Shown here: piece by piece, positions 10,701 through 23,215 of the stretch
Layout: the number at the start of each line of letters is the position of its first letter
Numbering within the stretch: the stretch's first letter is position 1
Source of the DNA: Candidatus Latescibacterota bacterium
GTDB lineage: Bacteria; Krumholzibacteriota; Krumholzibacteriia; WVZY01; JAKEHA01
Assembly: GCA_963707635.1 (NCBI GenBank)
Contig: OY970173.1
Span: forward strand, 1,984,001-2,048,000
DNA length: 64,000 nucleotides
Direction of reading: 5' to 3'
Made by a program: the position numbers and the translations under genes
Notes under the pieces: generated by a model
Told to the model about the DNA's origin: nothing
Database searches by the model: none
What the model saw: the letters and a program-made list of their open reading frames with translations, nothing else

Positions 10701-10799
10701 GGACGTGCGATCGGAGTCAGAAAGGACGTCGCCTGGCAGCACGGACACGCACAGGGTTCCAAGGGCCAGGACGAGGAAGGCGCTGGTAAGGTCTCTCAT
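7785..10799 (-). CDS. Large secreted Cys/Gly-rich protein with C-terminal FlgD Ig-like/T9SS-like sorting domain
   Basis: Signal peptide MRDLTSAFLVLALG; C-terminus LSQNYPNPFNPQTTIAF...WDGRDDAGQTVSSGVYFYRL...KKMVMLK; SD AAGGGGG. Confidence 0.88.
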   Translation of the reverse strand: MRDLTSAFLVLALGTLCVSVLPGDVLSDSDRTSVPREVSRDPDSMVPLAPPAPAPELVLYTQSFDAGATCTAAGWLTVDRTAQPGVYFHVDDYLGLPPVDFAPLFGVHSLWCGIEPAPIPCGFAIDPGYRNNWDQFWETIACIPVAPGGLFVAFDAKFDCEPGHDSVTLEYTTDCTGTFGWTVIDGPWDGNIPLAAYGGLYATVPPGFAKVRLHFHSDGGGSDEDGLYPSNGGAHFDNLVAGGLALETFEGVAPGALASPDWFAGASPGYGQYMSLFPGVSQIQQDACSNNLTCMWAAILGSTNTYACGGLPGQRAVPQGNAFGSYLANEVWSPLIPLPVVPLGSGVRLSFSVYRDNPIDNLVFYVWHVRTLDGAGCPGPWRDMNFSYYGGKDWLQQSESVGALLNFVGATDIQLSLGVVDQCGSWCGVYGDGICHSHAPLLDSVTLTSVGVHGPQWAIRDIDQFQDNFSTDGTLVGTVRADIAMDIQPGTIPGIVPGDCAVVTVADPVDGLGIDPAVGGAAVYMFVAVKPLGQPGKSGAGLTDDPVRWPHVPGKDFVAMGIPWTCLRLDQVMVNGKPVADKFCIDLDDNLFTPGDMICFFYAATNAAAFPVTTYAFGSNLGASGPLLAEAVAHPSEFTCLPGSGWQNGGDILYVDGMDGRGAQRYWDTAFDNLGILEQVDRYDIRGPSSGVNNALASRVVNIQAQLNDCYRKILWDCGDLSVTLGDGGATFPGHKTDDYGLINTFLDNLPTQGGVYLCGDDAAAQLNRYTGASAVTFKTTYITYALTGGNHVPSYGISPLGRGIAAGCFNGDTFVLFGGCPLVNDFDVMDPTGASLMEVSYGPPGPTNGAVISKRTVNSNGVSVGVLLSGFAFDYIRDDDLDGIADRFDHLHDIITWLGNVPPQPIGTGTVASNSLSQNYPNPFNPQTTIAFSVKVRGLVSLEVYNVAGQLVRTITNDEFAAGTHTKVWDGRDDAGQTVSSGVYFYRLVARDFTQTKKMVMLK

Positions 10800-10950
10800 A
10801 TCGATCCCCCTTGAAGAGGTGAGCCCTACAGCAAAGACACGGAGTTGACGTTGGATGGGGCGCCGGGGCGCTGGAATGGCAAAGATGAGGTGGCGATGGC
10901 CAGGGCGCGCAGCGAGTATACAACAAAGTTACGCCCGAATCCACGGCGCG

Positions 10951-14673
<3,723 letters not shown>

Positions 14674-14738
14674 GCGGGTGTTATTGGAATCGAACGGGAT
14701 ACCTCGGTCGTCGGGCCGGCACGGCCCGTGACAGTCCT

Positions 14739-14767
14739 ATAGTACGCATCTTTGACTTCGGCGTCAA
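14739..14767 (-). promoter_or_regulatory. Putative sigma70 promoter of metH; -35 box sits inside a TTGAC-N6-GTCAA palindrome
   Basis: Minus strand TTGACG-N17-TACTAT; inverted repeat at 14752-14767. Confidence 0.65.
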
Positions 14768-14820
14768 GAACGCGGGCTTGCCCGGGCCGCGCCGGGCGGG
14801 GTATGGTCGAAACACCCCCG

Positions 14821-15714
14821 ATGCTCCAGGCCATTCCCTATCATCTGGGCGCGTTTTTCGCGCGCTTCACGCCGGACTGGTTCTGCCGGCTGATCACCTG
14901 GACGCTCGCCGAGATCAACTGGCGCCTGCGCCCCGGAACCCGGCGCGTGGTGGCCGCCAACCTGGCCGTCATCCATCCCGAATGGAGCGCGGCGCACTGC
15001 CGCGCCGCGGCGCGCCAGGTGGTCCACAACTTCGCCCGGAGCATCCTGCTGTTCCTGCAACTTCCGTTCCTCGACCCCGACGAGCTCTTCGCCCGCAGCG
15101 ACGTCTCCGAACTCACGCCGGAGGTGGAGCGCCTGCGCGCGCGCGGGGGACTGGCCGCGGGGGTCATGCCGCCGCTCATCATCGCGTCGGCCCACGTGGG
15201 GCCATGGGAGGTGGGAGGGTACTGTCTGTCGCGGATGGGCTACGCGGTGCACAGCGTGGCGCTCGAGCATGCCTCGGCCCGGGTCACGAAATTCTATAGC
15301 GACCGCCGCTCCTACCTGGGGCTCCACGTCTATCCGGTCTCGGGCTCGTTTCCCCAGCTGCGCTCGGCGATCGCGCACGGCGGGTGCGTCGCCCTCCTGA
15401 TCGACCGCCCTTACGGGAAGGCGCGCAAGCGCTTCGACTTCTTCGGCGCCCCCACCGAGTTCTCGCTCGGGCACCTGGTGCTTTCGGCGCGAAGCCGCAC
15501 ACCGGTGCTGACCGGCGCGGTGGTGTTTGACGGGCCGAAGCGCTTCCGGTACGTTCACGGCGGCACTCATTTTCCGAACGAGCACGCCGACGAGTTCGAA
15601 AAACTCGAACGCCTCCAGGAGACGTGCCTGCGCGATCTCGAGCGGATCATTCGGGCGCATAGCGAGCAGTGGTTCCACTTCACCCCGCTGGAGCGGACGG
15701 AATCCCATGGCTGA
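14821..15714 (+). CDS. Lysophospholipid/lipid A-type acyltransferase (LpxL/PatA-like)
   Basis: SAHVGPWE catalytic motif, ALLIDR, terminal EQWFHF; start 14803 or 14821. Confidence 0.85.
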   Translation: MLQAIPYHLGAFFARFTPDWFCRLITWTLAEINWRLRPGTRRVVAANLAVIHPEWSAAHCRAAARQVVHNFARSILLFLQLPFLDPDELFARSDVSELTPEVERLRARGGLAAGVMPPLIIASAHVGPWEVGGYCLSRMGYAVHSVALEHASARVTKFYSDRRSYLGLHVYPVSGSFPQLRSAIAHGGCVALLIDRPYGKARKRFDFFGAPTEFSLGHLVLSARSRTPVLTGAVVFDGPKRFRYVHGGTHFPNEHADEFEKLERLQETCLRDLERIIRAHSEQWFHFTPLERTESHG

Positions 15715-16399
15715 CGACGCCACGCCCTACCGCGACCTCGCGGCCGTGATTCCGGCCTACAACGCGGGGTCGCACCTCGCCGGCGTGATCGAGCGCGTGG
15801 CGCGCTACGTCCCGCGCGAGCGCGTCGTGGTCGTCGACGACGGCTCCAGCGACGACACGCGCGCCGTGGCAGAGCGCTCGGGGGCGACGGTCGCGGTCCA
15901 CCCGGTAAACCGGGGCAAGGGCGGCGCGATCCGTTCCGGCATCGCGCGCGCGGGCGAGCTCGGTGTGCCCTTCGCCATCCTGCTCGACGCCGACGGGCAG
16001 CACAACCCCGACCAGATCCCGGACTTCGTGGCGCGCCAACGGGCGACGGACGCCGACATGGTGGTGGGGAACCGGCTGGTCAGCGCGGCCAACATGCCGT
16101 GGCTGCGCAAGGCGACCAACTACGTGACGAGCGCGGTGGTGTCGCTGCTGGCGCGCCGGCGGGTTCCGGACTCGCAGAACGGGTACCGCCTCATCCGCCT
16201 CGCGCACTTCGGCAAGTTCCCGCTGACGACCTCCCGCTACGAGATCGAGTCCGAGATGGTCATCCGCGCCGGGCGCGCCGGCGGGAAGATCGCGTCGGTG
16301 CCGGTGGAGACCATCTACGCGGGCGAAGTGAGCTTCATCAATCCATTCGTCGACACCTACCGGTTTTTGCGCATGGTCGCAAAATCGTTCTTCTGGTAG
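15707..16399 (+). CDS. GT2 glycosyltransferase (polyprenyl-phosphate glycosyltransferase-like)
   Basis: IPAYN, VVDDGSSD, NRGKG, LDADGQH, DSQNGYR. Confidence 0.92.
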   Translation: MADDATPYRDLAAVIPAYNAGSHLAGVIERVARYVPRERVVVVDDGSSDDTRAVAERSGATVAVHPVNRGKGGAIRSGIARAGELGVPFAILLDADGQHNPDQIPDFVARQRATDADMVVGNRLVSAANMPWLRKATNYVTSAVVSLLARRRVPDSQNGYRLIRLAHFGKFPLTTSRYEIESEMVIRAGRAGGKIASVPVETIYAGEVSFINPFVDTYRFLRMVAKSFFW

Positions 16400-16431
16400 A
16401 CTGCGGCCTCACGCGTCGCCGCACCGCCCCG

Positions 16432-17181
16432 ATGAACAAGCGCATCCTGATTTCGAACGACGACGGGTTCGACGCGCGCGGACTCAAGGTGCTCGAGCAG
16501 GCGCTGGCCCCGCTCGGCGAGGTGTTCGTGGTGGCGCCGGACTCGGAGCAGAGTGCGAGCAGTCACTCGCTGACCGTGCGCCGGCCGATCGAGGTCAAGC
16601 AGGTCGGGGACCGGCACTACCGCGTCGGCGGAACACCGACCGATTGCGTCGTGCTGGCCCTGCAGGTGATCATGGACCGGCCGCCGGACCTGGTCGTGGG
16701 CGGCATCAATCACGGTCCGAACATGGGGGAGGACGTGGGATACAGCGGCACGGTGGCGGTTGCGTTCGAGGGGACCATCCTCGGCGTCCCGTCGATCGCG
16801 ATTTCGTCGCTGCAGCGCGACGTGGCCGGCGGCGAGGTCATCGGCCGGATCGCTCGGATCGTGGTGGAGCGCGCCCTGGAGCACGGAATCCCGCGGGAGT
16901 CGCTCCTGAACGTCAACGTGCCCAATCCGGACATCGCACCCATCAAGGGGCTGCGAATCACCAAGCTGGGCTCGCGTCACTACGAGAACTTCATCGAGCC
17001 CGGACGCGGGCCGCTACGCTCGCACTACACCATCGGGGGCCGGGACCCGGTGTGGCGCGAGGACGACGGTTCGGACATCGCGGCCGTTCGCATGGGCTAC
17101 GTGTCGATCACGCCGCTGGACCTGGATCAGACCCACTACAAGGCGATCGTCGAGATGGAACGCTGGCGGTTCGAGCTGTGA
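16432..17181 (+). CDS. surE: 5'/3'-nucleotidase SurE
   Basis: ILISNDDG, GGTPTDCV, GINHGPN, YSGTVA, VSITPL. Confidence 0.96.
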   Translation: MNKRILISNDDGFDARGLKVLEQALAPLGEVFVVAPDSEQSASSHSLTVRRPIEVKQVGDRHYRVGGTPTDCVVLALQVIMDRPPDLVVGGINHGPNMGEDVGYSGTVAVAFEGTILGVPSIAISSLQRDVAGGEVIGRIARIVVERALEHGIPRESLLNVNVPNPDIAPIKGLRITKLGSRHYENFIEPGRGPLRSHYTIGGRDPVWREDDGSDIAAVRMGYVSITPLDLDQTHYKAIVEMERWRFEL

Positions 17182-17900
17182 GGTGGCGTCAGTACCGAAT
17201 CGCGCGCGAGCGGATGGTGCGCGACCACGTCTACGCGCGCGGCGTTCGTGACCCGCGCGTGATCGACGCGATGCTGCGCGTGCCTCGCCACCTGTTCATC
17301 GACCGCGACGCCGGCGTCGAAGCATACGCGGACCACTCGTACCCGATTGGATTTCAGCAGACGATGTCGAAGCCGTACATGGTCGCGTACCTGACGGAGC
17401 AGCTTCGACTCGGCGGGGAAGAGCGCGTGCTGGAAATCGGAACCGGGTCCGGCTACCACGCGGCCGTGCTGGCCGGCCTGTGCCGCGAGGTCTACAGCGT
17501 CGAACGGGTCGCCGACCTGGCGGAACGCGCGCTCGCGGTGCTGCGCGATCTCCTGTACGCGAATGTAAACGTGCGGGTCGGGGACGGGGCCGACGGCTGG
17601 CCGGAGCGGGCGCCGTTCGACCGCGTGCTCCTGACCGCCGCGGCCGACCATGTGCCGCGGGCCCTCTTGAACCAGCTCGCCGACGGCGGAGAGTTTCTGG
17701 GCCCGGTGCGGCGGGACGATCGGGGCCAGGAAATTGTCCGGCTCACGCGCCGCGGGGATCGCTTTGAGCTGGAGCGCCTGATCGAGTGCTCCTTCGTCCC
17801 CATGGTGCGCCCGGAGAGCGCCGACGACGAGGCGCGCATGCCCCGGCCGGCGGCGCCGGTCGAGCGCGAGACTTCCGCCGACGCGGGATCGAACGGCTGA
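17178..17900 (+). CDS. pcm: Protein-L-isoaspartate O-methyltransferase
   Basis: VPRHLF, QTMSKPYMVA, VLEIGTGSGY, APFDRVLLTAA; follows surE. Confidence 0.95.
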   Translation: MRWRQYRIARERMVRDHVYARGVRDPRVIDAMLRVPRHLFIDRDAGVEAYADHSYPIGFQQTMSKPYMVAYLTEQLRLGGEERVLEIGTGSGYHAAVLAGLCREVYSVERVADLAERALAVLRDLLYANVNVRVGDGADGWPERAPFDRVLLTAAADHVPRALLNQLADGGEFLGPVRRDDRGQEIVRLTRRGDRFELERLIECSFVPMVRPESADDEARMPRPAAPVERETSADAGSNG

Positions 17901-17922
17901 TCTTTCTACGCGAACTCTTTCC

Positions 17923-17950
17923 TTGATTCGCTCCGAAAACATGTTACGAT
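17923..17950 (+). promoter_or_regulatory. Putative promoter for tRNA-Pro(CGG)-sigma-apt
   Basis: TTGATT-N16-TACGAT with extended -10 TG in an AT-richer gap. Confidence 0.55.
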
Positions 17951-18003
17951 GTATCGACTTAGGTTGGTCCGGGTGTGCCGGACCCGTGCGCGACTCTTGG
18001 GGT

Positions 18004-18081
<78 letters not shown>

Positions 18082-18091
18082 TTATCCTTCC

Positions 18092-18970
18092 ATGGCCGAC
18101 GAACGCCTGAAGCCCGCACCCAAGGACGACGCGCGCGAGCCGTCGTACGACATCCAGGCGCGCTACCTCGCGGAAATCGGGCGCTATCATCTCCTGACCG
18201 CCGAGGAAGAGATTGAATTGGGCCGGCGGCTGGCGAACGGCGACGAAGAGGCCCGCCGCCACCTGATCAACTCCAACCTGCGCCTGGTCGTCACCATCGC
18301 GAAGCGCTACGCGCACCGCGGGCAAACCCTCCTGGACCTGATCGAAGACGGCAACCTCGGCCTGATCCGAGCGGCCACGAAATTCGACTACACCAAGGGA
18401 TTCCGCTTCAGCACCTACGCGTCGTACTGGATCAAGCAGTCGATTCGCCGCGGCGTGGCCAGCCAGTCGCGGCCGTTGCGCATCCCGGTGCACATCTTTC
18501 ATCTGATCAACCGGTACGTGAAGGCGGAGGAACGGCTGCGCACCAAGGGGAAAGCCACGGACGACGAGTCGATGGCGGCGGAGCTGGATGTGAGCGTGCG
18601 CCGGGTCAAGCTGGCGCGCACGCTCGTCGCCGGCATCCGCTCCGAGGACCCGCTGCAGAGCGCCGACGCGCTTCAGCAGCTGGCGTCGGACCCGTACCAC
18701 CTGCACAACGGCTCGCCCGAGGCGCTGGTGACGCTCCAGCTCGAGAACAACGAGATCGCGGATCTGTTCGAGCGCTGCTTGAGCCCGCGCGAACAGGAAG
18801 TCTTGACGCTCCGCTACGGCCTGGCCGACGGGGAGCCGAAGACGCTGGGCGAAGCGGGCCGCGAGGTGGGCGTGTCGCGCGAGCGCGTGCGCCAGATCGA
18901 AAAGCGCGCGCTCCAGAAGCTCAACATCGTGCTCTCGAGCGGCGGCCGCCGGGAAGGCTCGCCGGAATGA
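18092..18970 (+). CDS. Sigma-70 family factor lacking region 1.1 (RpoS-like by synteny)
   Basis: YLAEIGRYHLLTAEEE, NLRLVVTIAKRY, GFRFSTYA, VSRERVRQIE; surE-pcm-sigma-apt order. Confidence 0.92.
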   Translation: MADERLKPAPKDDAREPSYDIQARYLAEIGRYHLLTAEEEIELGRRLANGDEEARRHLINSNLRLVVTIAKRYAHRGQTLLDLIEDGNLGLIRAATKFDYTKGFRFSTYASYWIKQSIRRGVASQSRPLRIPVHIFHLINRYVKAEERLRTKGKATDDESMAAELDVSVRRVKLARTLVAGIRSEDPLQSADALQQLASDPYHLHNGSPEALVTLQLENNEIADLFERCLSPREQEVLTLRYGLADGEPKTLGEAGREVGVSRERVRQIEKRALQKLNIVLSSGGRREGSPE

Positions 18971-19500
18971 GCGCGGAGACGGTGGAACGGGTTCGCGCCG
19001 CCATCCGCGACGTGCCCGATTTCCCCAAGCCGGGTGTGCTCTTCAAGGACATTACACCGGTCTTGAGCGACCCGGCGTTGTTCGTGGACATCGTGGGAAC
19101 CCTGGCCGAACGTTACCGGCCGATGGGCATCGAGAAGATCGCGGCAGTCGAATCACGCGGATTCATCTTCGGAGCGCCGCTTGCCGCGCTGCTGGGCGTG
19201 GGCTTCGTCCCGCTGCGGAAGTTCGGAAAACTCCCGCACGCGACGGTGGCGGAGACGTTCGACCTCGAGTACGGAACCGAGACCCTCGAGATCCACGCCG
19301 ATGCGTTCCGGCCCGGTGAGCGTGTGCTCGTGGTCGACGACCTCCTGGCCACCGGCGGCACGGCGGCGGCGTCGGTCAAGCTGGTGCGCAAGGCGGGCGG
19401 GCAGGTCGTGGAACTGGCCTTCGTGGTGGAGCTGGCCTTGCTCGCCGGCCGGAAGCGCCTGGTCGGGATTCCGGTATACGCGCTGGTGAAGTTCGAGTAG
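18967..19500 (+). CDS. apt: Adenine phosphoribosyltransferase
   Basis: DFPKPGVLFKDI, ESRGF, LEYG, VVDDLLATGGT. Confidence 0.97.
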   Translation: MSAETVERVRAAIRDVPDFPKPGVLFKDITPVLSDPALFVDIVGTLAERYRPMGIEKIAAVESRGFIFGAPLAALLGVGFVPLRKFGKLPHATVAETFDLEYGTETLEIHADAFRPGERVLVVDDLLATGGTAAASVKLVRKAGGQVVELAFVVELALLAGRKRLVGIPVYALVKFE

Positions 19501-19552
19501 GCTTCGCGTTACCAAGTCCTGGCACTGCATCGTGGTCTTGCCGAATCTTCGT

Positions 19553-19629
19553 GGCCCCGTAGCTCAGATGGATAGAGCAGCGGTTTCCTAAACCGTTTGT
19601 CGTGCGTTCGAATCGCGCCGGGGCCACCA
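19553..19629 (+). tRNA. tRNA-Arg(CCT)
   Basis: Acceptor GGCCCCG/CGGGGCC, anticodon arm GCGGT-TT-CCT-AA-ACCGT, GTTCGAATC, CCA. Confidence 0.97.
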
Positions 19630-19667
19630 TTTCATTCCCACGCCCAGGCGCCGTTGCGACCTGGCCG

Positions 19668-20411
19668 CTAGTGTCTCTCCATCAACTCGATCGATTCGTC
19701 CGACACGATGGTGATCACCTCGCCGGTGCCCGGGTCCACGGCGAGAACCTCGGTGTGGTCGATGGCGCGCAGGAGCCCGTCCCGTCCGTACCACTCGCGA
19801 TGGGAATCCCTCGGCCCGTCTGTCGGCGCCGAGGCTCGAATGTCGACGCCGCGCACCCGCCCGTGCGAGGTCGTGAGTGTGTCGATGCTCTCCACGCGTC
19901 GGGTGGCCGCGCTGCCCGGCATCGCGGTCCATGAGCGGGCCACCGTGAGCGGATACTGAAGGACGGTCATCTCGGCCACGCTGGCGAGCGCCGGGACGGA
20001 CCCGGGCGGGATCGACAGGGCCACGAGCGCGCGGTAGAGGCCGGAGGCATCCTGGCGGTAGCGGCGCCACGTCGTCACGGTATCGTCGCCGCTGTCGGCG
20101 AACAACCACTGCCGCTCGACGACATAGGCCGTGCCCGCCAACTCCTCGGTGGTGAACAACTCGCGCTCGGCGTTGCCATGAAACTCGACTCTGGGTTCGA
20201 CCTCGCTGCCGTCGAAGGCGATGAAGCGAACCGTGCGCGTCCGCTGGTAGGTCCACGACTCGCCGACGCCGAGCGGGTATCGGGAAACCACCGACGACGA
20301 AGCCGGCTGGGGAGTCGTGGGATCGCCGTCGCAGGCCAGGGCGAAGAGAAGCACCACGCCCGCGAGAACTCCGAGACATCTTGCCGGCACAATGAGTGGG
20401 GAAGGCGCCAT
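19668..20411 (-). CDS. Hypothetical lipoprotein
   Basis: Lipobox FALAC, YPLGVGESWTY and YPLTVARSW repeats, EWYGRDGLLR; start re-assigned to ATG 20411. Confidence 0.75.
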   Translation of the reverse strand: MAPSPLIVPARCLGVLAGVVLLFALACDGDPTTPQPASSSVVSRYPLGVGESWTYQRTRTVRFIAFDGSEVEPRVEFHGNAERELFTTEELAGTAYVVERQWLFADSGDDTVTTWRRYRQDASGLYRALVALSIPPGSVPALASVAEMTVLQYPLTVARSWTAMPGSAATRRVESIDTLTTSHGRVRGVDIRASAPTDGPRDSHREWYGRDGLLRAIDHTEVLAVDPGTGEVITIVSDESIELMERH

Positions 20412-20507
20412 GTGTCGTTCCTGACGGGAACCAGCGTCGCAGTATAGGAGCGACGAAGCCACTCGTCCAGCGTTTGCTGCGATTACGCCTTCGTGCCGGA
20501 AGCGCCC

Positions 20508-21377
20508 ATGCCTTACCATGTCCCCGTGGTCAGGTTTCGGCGCGGCGGGGTCCTGCTGGCGGTCGTTTCCGCGCTCGGGTGCGGGTGCGCCGGCGGCCTC
20601 GCGCACCCGGACGCGTCGCTGTTCCCGCCGCCGCCGCGCGATGCGATCACGTTCTGGGGGCACGCGTGCTGCTATATCGACGTCGGCGGAGTCGGCGTTG
20701 TCACCGACCCCGTGTTCGACCGGGGCCTCTTCTTTCGCCACCGCCGCATTCCCGGGCCGCCCCGGTCCTCGTACGCCGGCGCGCGCGTCGTGCTGATCTC
20801 GCACGCGCACCCCGATCACTTGAGTCCCGAGACGCTCCGCACCTTCCCCGCCGGCGCGGTGGTGCTGTGCCCGGCCCCATCGGCAAAATATCTCGAGGAG
20901 GTCGGGCTCACGGTAAGGGTGATGGCCCCGGGCGATGAATTCGAGTTCGAAGGCGGGCGGATCGTGGCGGTGGCGGCGTTCCACATGGGGACGCGCTGGG
21001 GGATTCACGCACAGGCCGACGGCCGCGCGCTCGGCTACGTGGTCGAGACGCCGAAGGCGACCGTTTTTTACAGCGGGGATACGAGCTACTTTTCGGGCTT
21101 CGCGGACGTCGGGTGGACGTACGCTCCCGACGTCGCGCTGTTGAACGTGAACGGCCACCTGCACTCGCAGGACGCGAGCCGCGCCGCGTGGGCAACACAG
21201 GCGGGGGTGGTGATTCCCATCCACTGGGGGGCGTTTCCATTCTGGATCTTCGGAGGCAACAAACGCCCGCGGGACGAATCCGAGATGGCGCAGACGGTCG
21301 GCGACCGGCTGCGCGTGCTCGAAGTCGGACAGAGCGTTGCACTCGACCAGGTCTCGCACCGCCGGGCGTTGCCGTGA
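20508..21377 (+). CDS. MBL-fold metallo-hydrolase (UlaG/NAPE-PLD-like), probably exported
   Basis: WGHAC, TDPVF, SHAHPDH, YSGDT, PIHWG; start uncertain. Confidence 0.88.
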   Translation: MPYHVPVVRFRRGGVLLAVVSALGCGCAGGLAHPDASLFPPPPRDAITFWGHACCYIDVGGVGVVTDPVFDRGLFFRHRRIPGPPRSSYAGARVVLISHAHPDHLSPETLRTFPAGAVVLCPAPSAKYLEEVGLTVRVMAPGDEFEFEGGRIVAVAAFHMGTRWGIHAQADGRALGYVVETPKATVFYSGDTSYFSGFADVGWTYAPDVALLNVNGHLHSQDASRAAWATQAGVVIPIHWGAFPFWIFGGNKRPRDESEMAQTVGDRLRVLEVGQSVALDQVSHRRALP

Positions 21378-21397
21378 TGCGGGCCTCACGGTATAAT
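21369..21397 (+). promoter_or_regulatory. Putative sigma70 promoter of proline dehydrogenase
   Basis: TTGCCG-N17-TATAAT. Confidence 0.65.
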
Positions 21398-21459
21398 GCG
21401 CGGCAATCGCGCCCGATTGTTTCCGCGTCGTTGACGCATTCGCATAGAAACGGAGTCCA

Positions 21460-22356
21460 ATGAGCGTTCTGAACCGCGTGCTCGCGTCCTCGCTGCCTCT
21501 GGTGCCGAAGCCGATCGTCCGCCGCGTGGCCAGCCCGTACCTGGCCGGCGAGCACGCGTCCGATCTGCTGCGCGTAGCCACGGGCTTGAATCGGGACGGA
21601 TTCCTGGTCGCGGCGGCGATGCTGGGGGAGTTCGTGACCCGGCGGGAGGAGGCGGAGGAGGCGGTTCGCGAGTATTTGGCGCTGCTGGCTCAGTTGCACG
21701 CGGCCGGCGTCGACGGGTACATCCATGTGAAACCCACCCACCTCGGGCTCAAGCTCGACCGTGAATTCTGCCTCGCCAACATCCGGCGGCTCCTGGACGC
21801 CGCCCGGGTGAACGGTCAGTTCGTGCGCATGGACATGGAGGATTCGCCGTGCATCGACGACACGCTGGACGTGTTCCACCGGCTGCGGCGGGAGTTCGAC
21901 AACGTGGGCGTGGTCCTGCAGGCGCGGATGCGCCGGAGCATCGCCGACGCGCGCGAGCTGGCGAAGGTCAAGGCGAACGTGCGCGTGTGCAAGGGTATCT
22001 ACGTCGAGCCGCACGCGATTGCGTACACGGATCCCGAGATCATCAACCGCAACTTTGCCGCGCTGGTCGAGGGCCTGGCGGGCGCCGGGTGTTACGTCGG
22101 CATCGCCACCCACGACGAGCGCCTGGTGTGGGAAGCGGAGCGGATCATCGAGCGACTGCGATTGACGCGTGAGCAATACGAGTTCCAGATGCTGCTGGGC
22201 GTGCTGACTCCGCTGCGGCGCGTGATCCACGACGCCGGGCATCGACTGCGCGTCGCCGTCCCGTACGGGCCCAACTGGTACCCGTATTCGCTGCGGCGGC
22301 TGCGCAAGAATCCCGCGATCGCCGGCTACGTGCTGAAGTCGTTCTTCAAGGGCTAG
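21460..22356 (+). CDS. Monofunctional proline dehydrogenase
   Basis: KPTHLGL, RMDMEDS, RVCKGIY, IATHDE, EFQMLLG, YSLRRL. Confidence 0.92.
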   Translation: MSVLNRVLASSLPLVPKPIVRRVASPYLAGEHASDLLRVATGLNRDGFLVAAAMLGEFVTRREEAEEAVREYLALLAQLHAAGVDGYIHVKPTHLGLKLDREFCLANIRRLLDAARVNGQFVRMDMEDSPCIDDTLDVFHRLRREFDNVGVVLQARMRRSIADARELAKVKANVRVCKGIYVEPHAIAYTDPEIINRNFAALVEGLAGAGCYVGIATHDERLVWEAERIIERLRLTREQYEFQMLLGVLTPLRRVIHDAGHRLRVAVPYGPNWYPYSLRRLRKNPAIAGYVLKSFFKG

Positions 22357-22373
22357 CGGAAGACGGGGTTTCG

Positions 22374-23201
22374 TTGAACCACCCCGACGAATACGTCCAC
22401 GGCACGACCGGCGACGAGCAAACGCGCCTGTCCCGCCTGAACGAACTCCTCAACCGGCAGTCTCTGTCGCGGCTCGGCCTTGCGCCGGGGCTCCGCGTCC
22501 TCGACGTGGGCAGCGGACTCGGGCAGTTCGCGCGCGCGATGGCGCGGGAAGTGGGACCGGGCGGGCGTGTGGTCGGGGTGGAACGCAGCGCGGTGCAGAC
22601 GGCGGCGGCGCGACAGCTAGCCGCGACCGCCGGCGAGGCCGACCTGGTCGACACGCGCGCGGGCGACGCTCACCGGCTCCCGCTGCGCGACGACGAGTGG
22701 GGGAGCTTCGATGTTGCGCACGCGCGTTTTCTGCTCGAGCACGTGGCCGATCCGCAGGCGGTGGTGGACGGGATGGTGCGGGCGGTGCGTCCCGGGGGGC
22801 GGGTGGTGCTGGAAGACGACGACCACGAGCTCCTGCGCCTGTTTCCGGCGCTGCCGGATTTCGACCGCGTGTGGCATGCCTACGCGACGTCCTACGCCGT
22901 GGTGGGGCACGATCCGTGGGTGGGTCGAAAGCTGCCGAGCATGCTCGCGCGCGCGGGCGCGACCCCGACGCGGTGCGACTGGCCCTTCTTCGGGGCCTGC
23001 CACGGCTCGGAGTCGTTCGAGGCCATCGTTGCGAACTGCCGCTCGATCCTGACCGGGGCGCGCGTGGCCATTCGCGCCGCGGGGGTGCTCAGCGCCGCGG
23101 ATTTCGAGCTTGGGATCCGGGCGTTCGACGACTGGTGCCGTACGCCGGGCGCGGCCTACTGGTACTGCACCTTCTGGGCGGAAGGCGTGCGGCCCGTTTG
23201 A
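22374..23201 (+). CDS. Class I SAM-dependent methyltransferase
   Basis: VLDVGSGLG, FDVAHARFLLEHV, VRPGG. Confidence 0.88.
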   Translation: MNHPDEYVHGTTGDEQTRLSRLNELLNRQSLSRLGLAPGLRVLDVGSGLGQFARAMAREVGPGGRVVGVERSAVQTAAARQLAATAGEADLVDTRAGDAHRLPLRDDEWGSFDVAHARFLLEHVADPQAVVDGMVRAVRPGGRVVLEDDDHELLRLFPALPDFDRVWHAYATSYAVVGHDPWVGRKLPSMLARAGATPTRCDWPFFGACHGSESFEAIVANCRSILTGARVAIRAAGVLSAADFELGIRAFDDWCRTPGAAYWYCTFWAEGVRPV

Positions 23202-23215
23202 CCTGACCTCCGCCC

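Noticed and set aside
7633..10950. Integrative element at tRNA-Pro(GGG)
   Set aside because: No integrase and no duplicated tRNA 3' end seen; only a compositional hint remains
14680..14735. SAM/SAH riboswitch in the metH leader
   Set aside because: Only superficial resemblance (CUGUCAC...GAGGU); the conserved core loop sequence is absent
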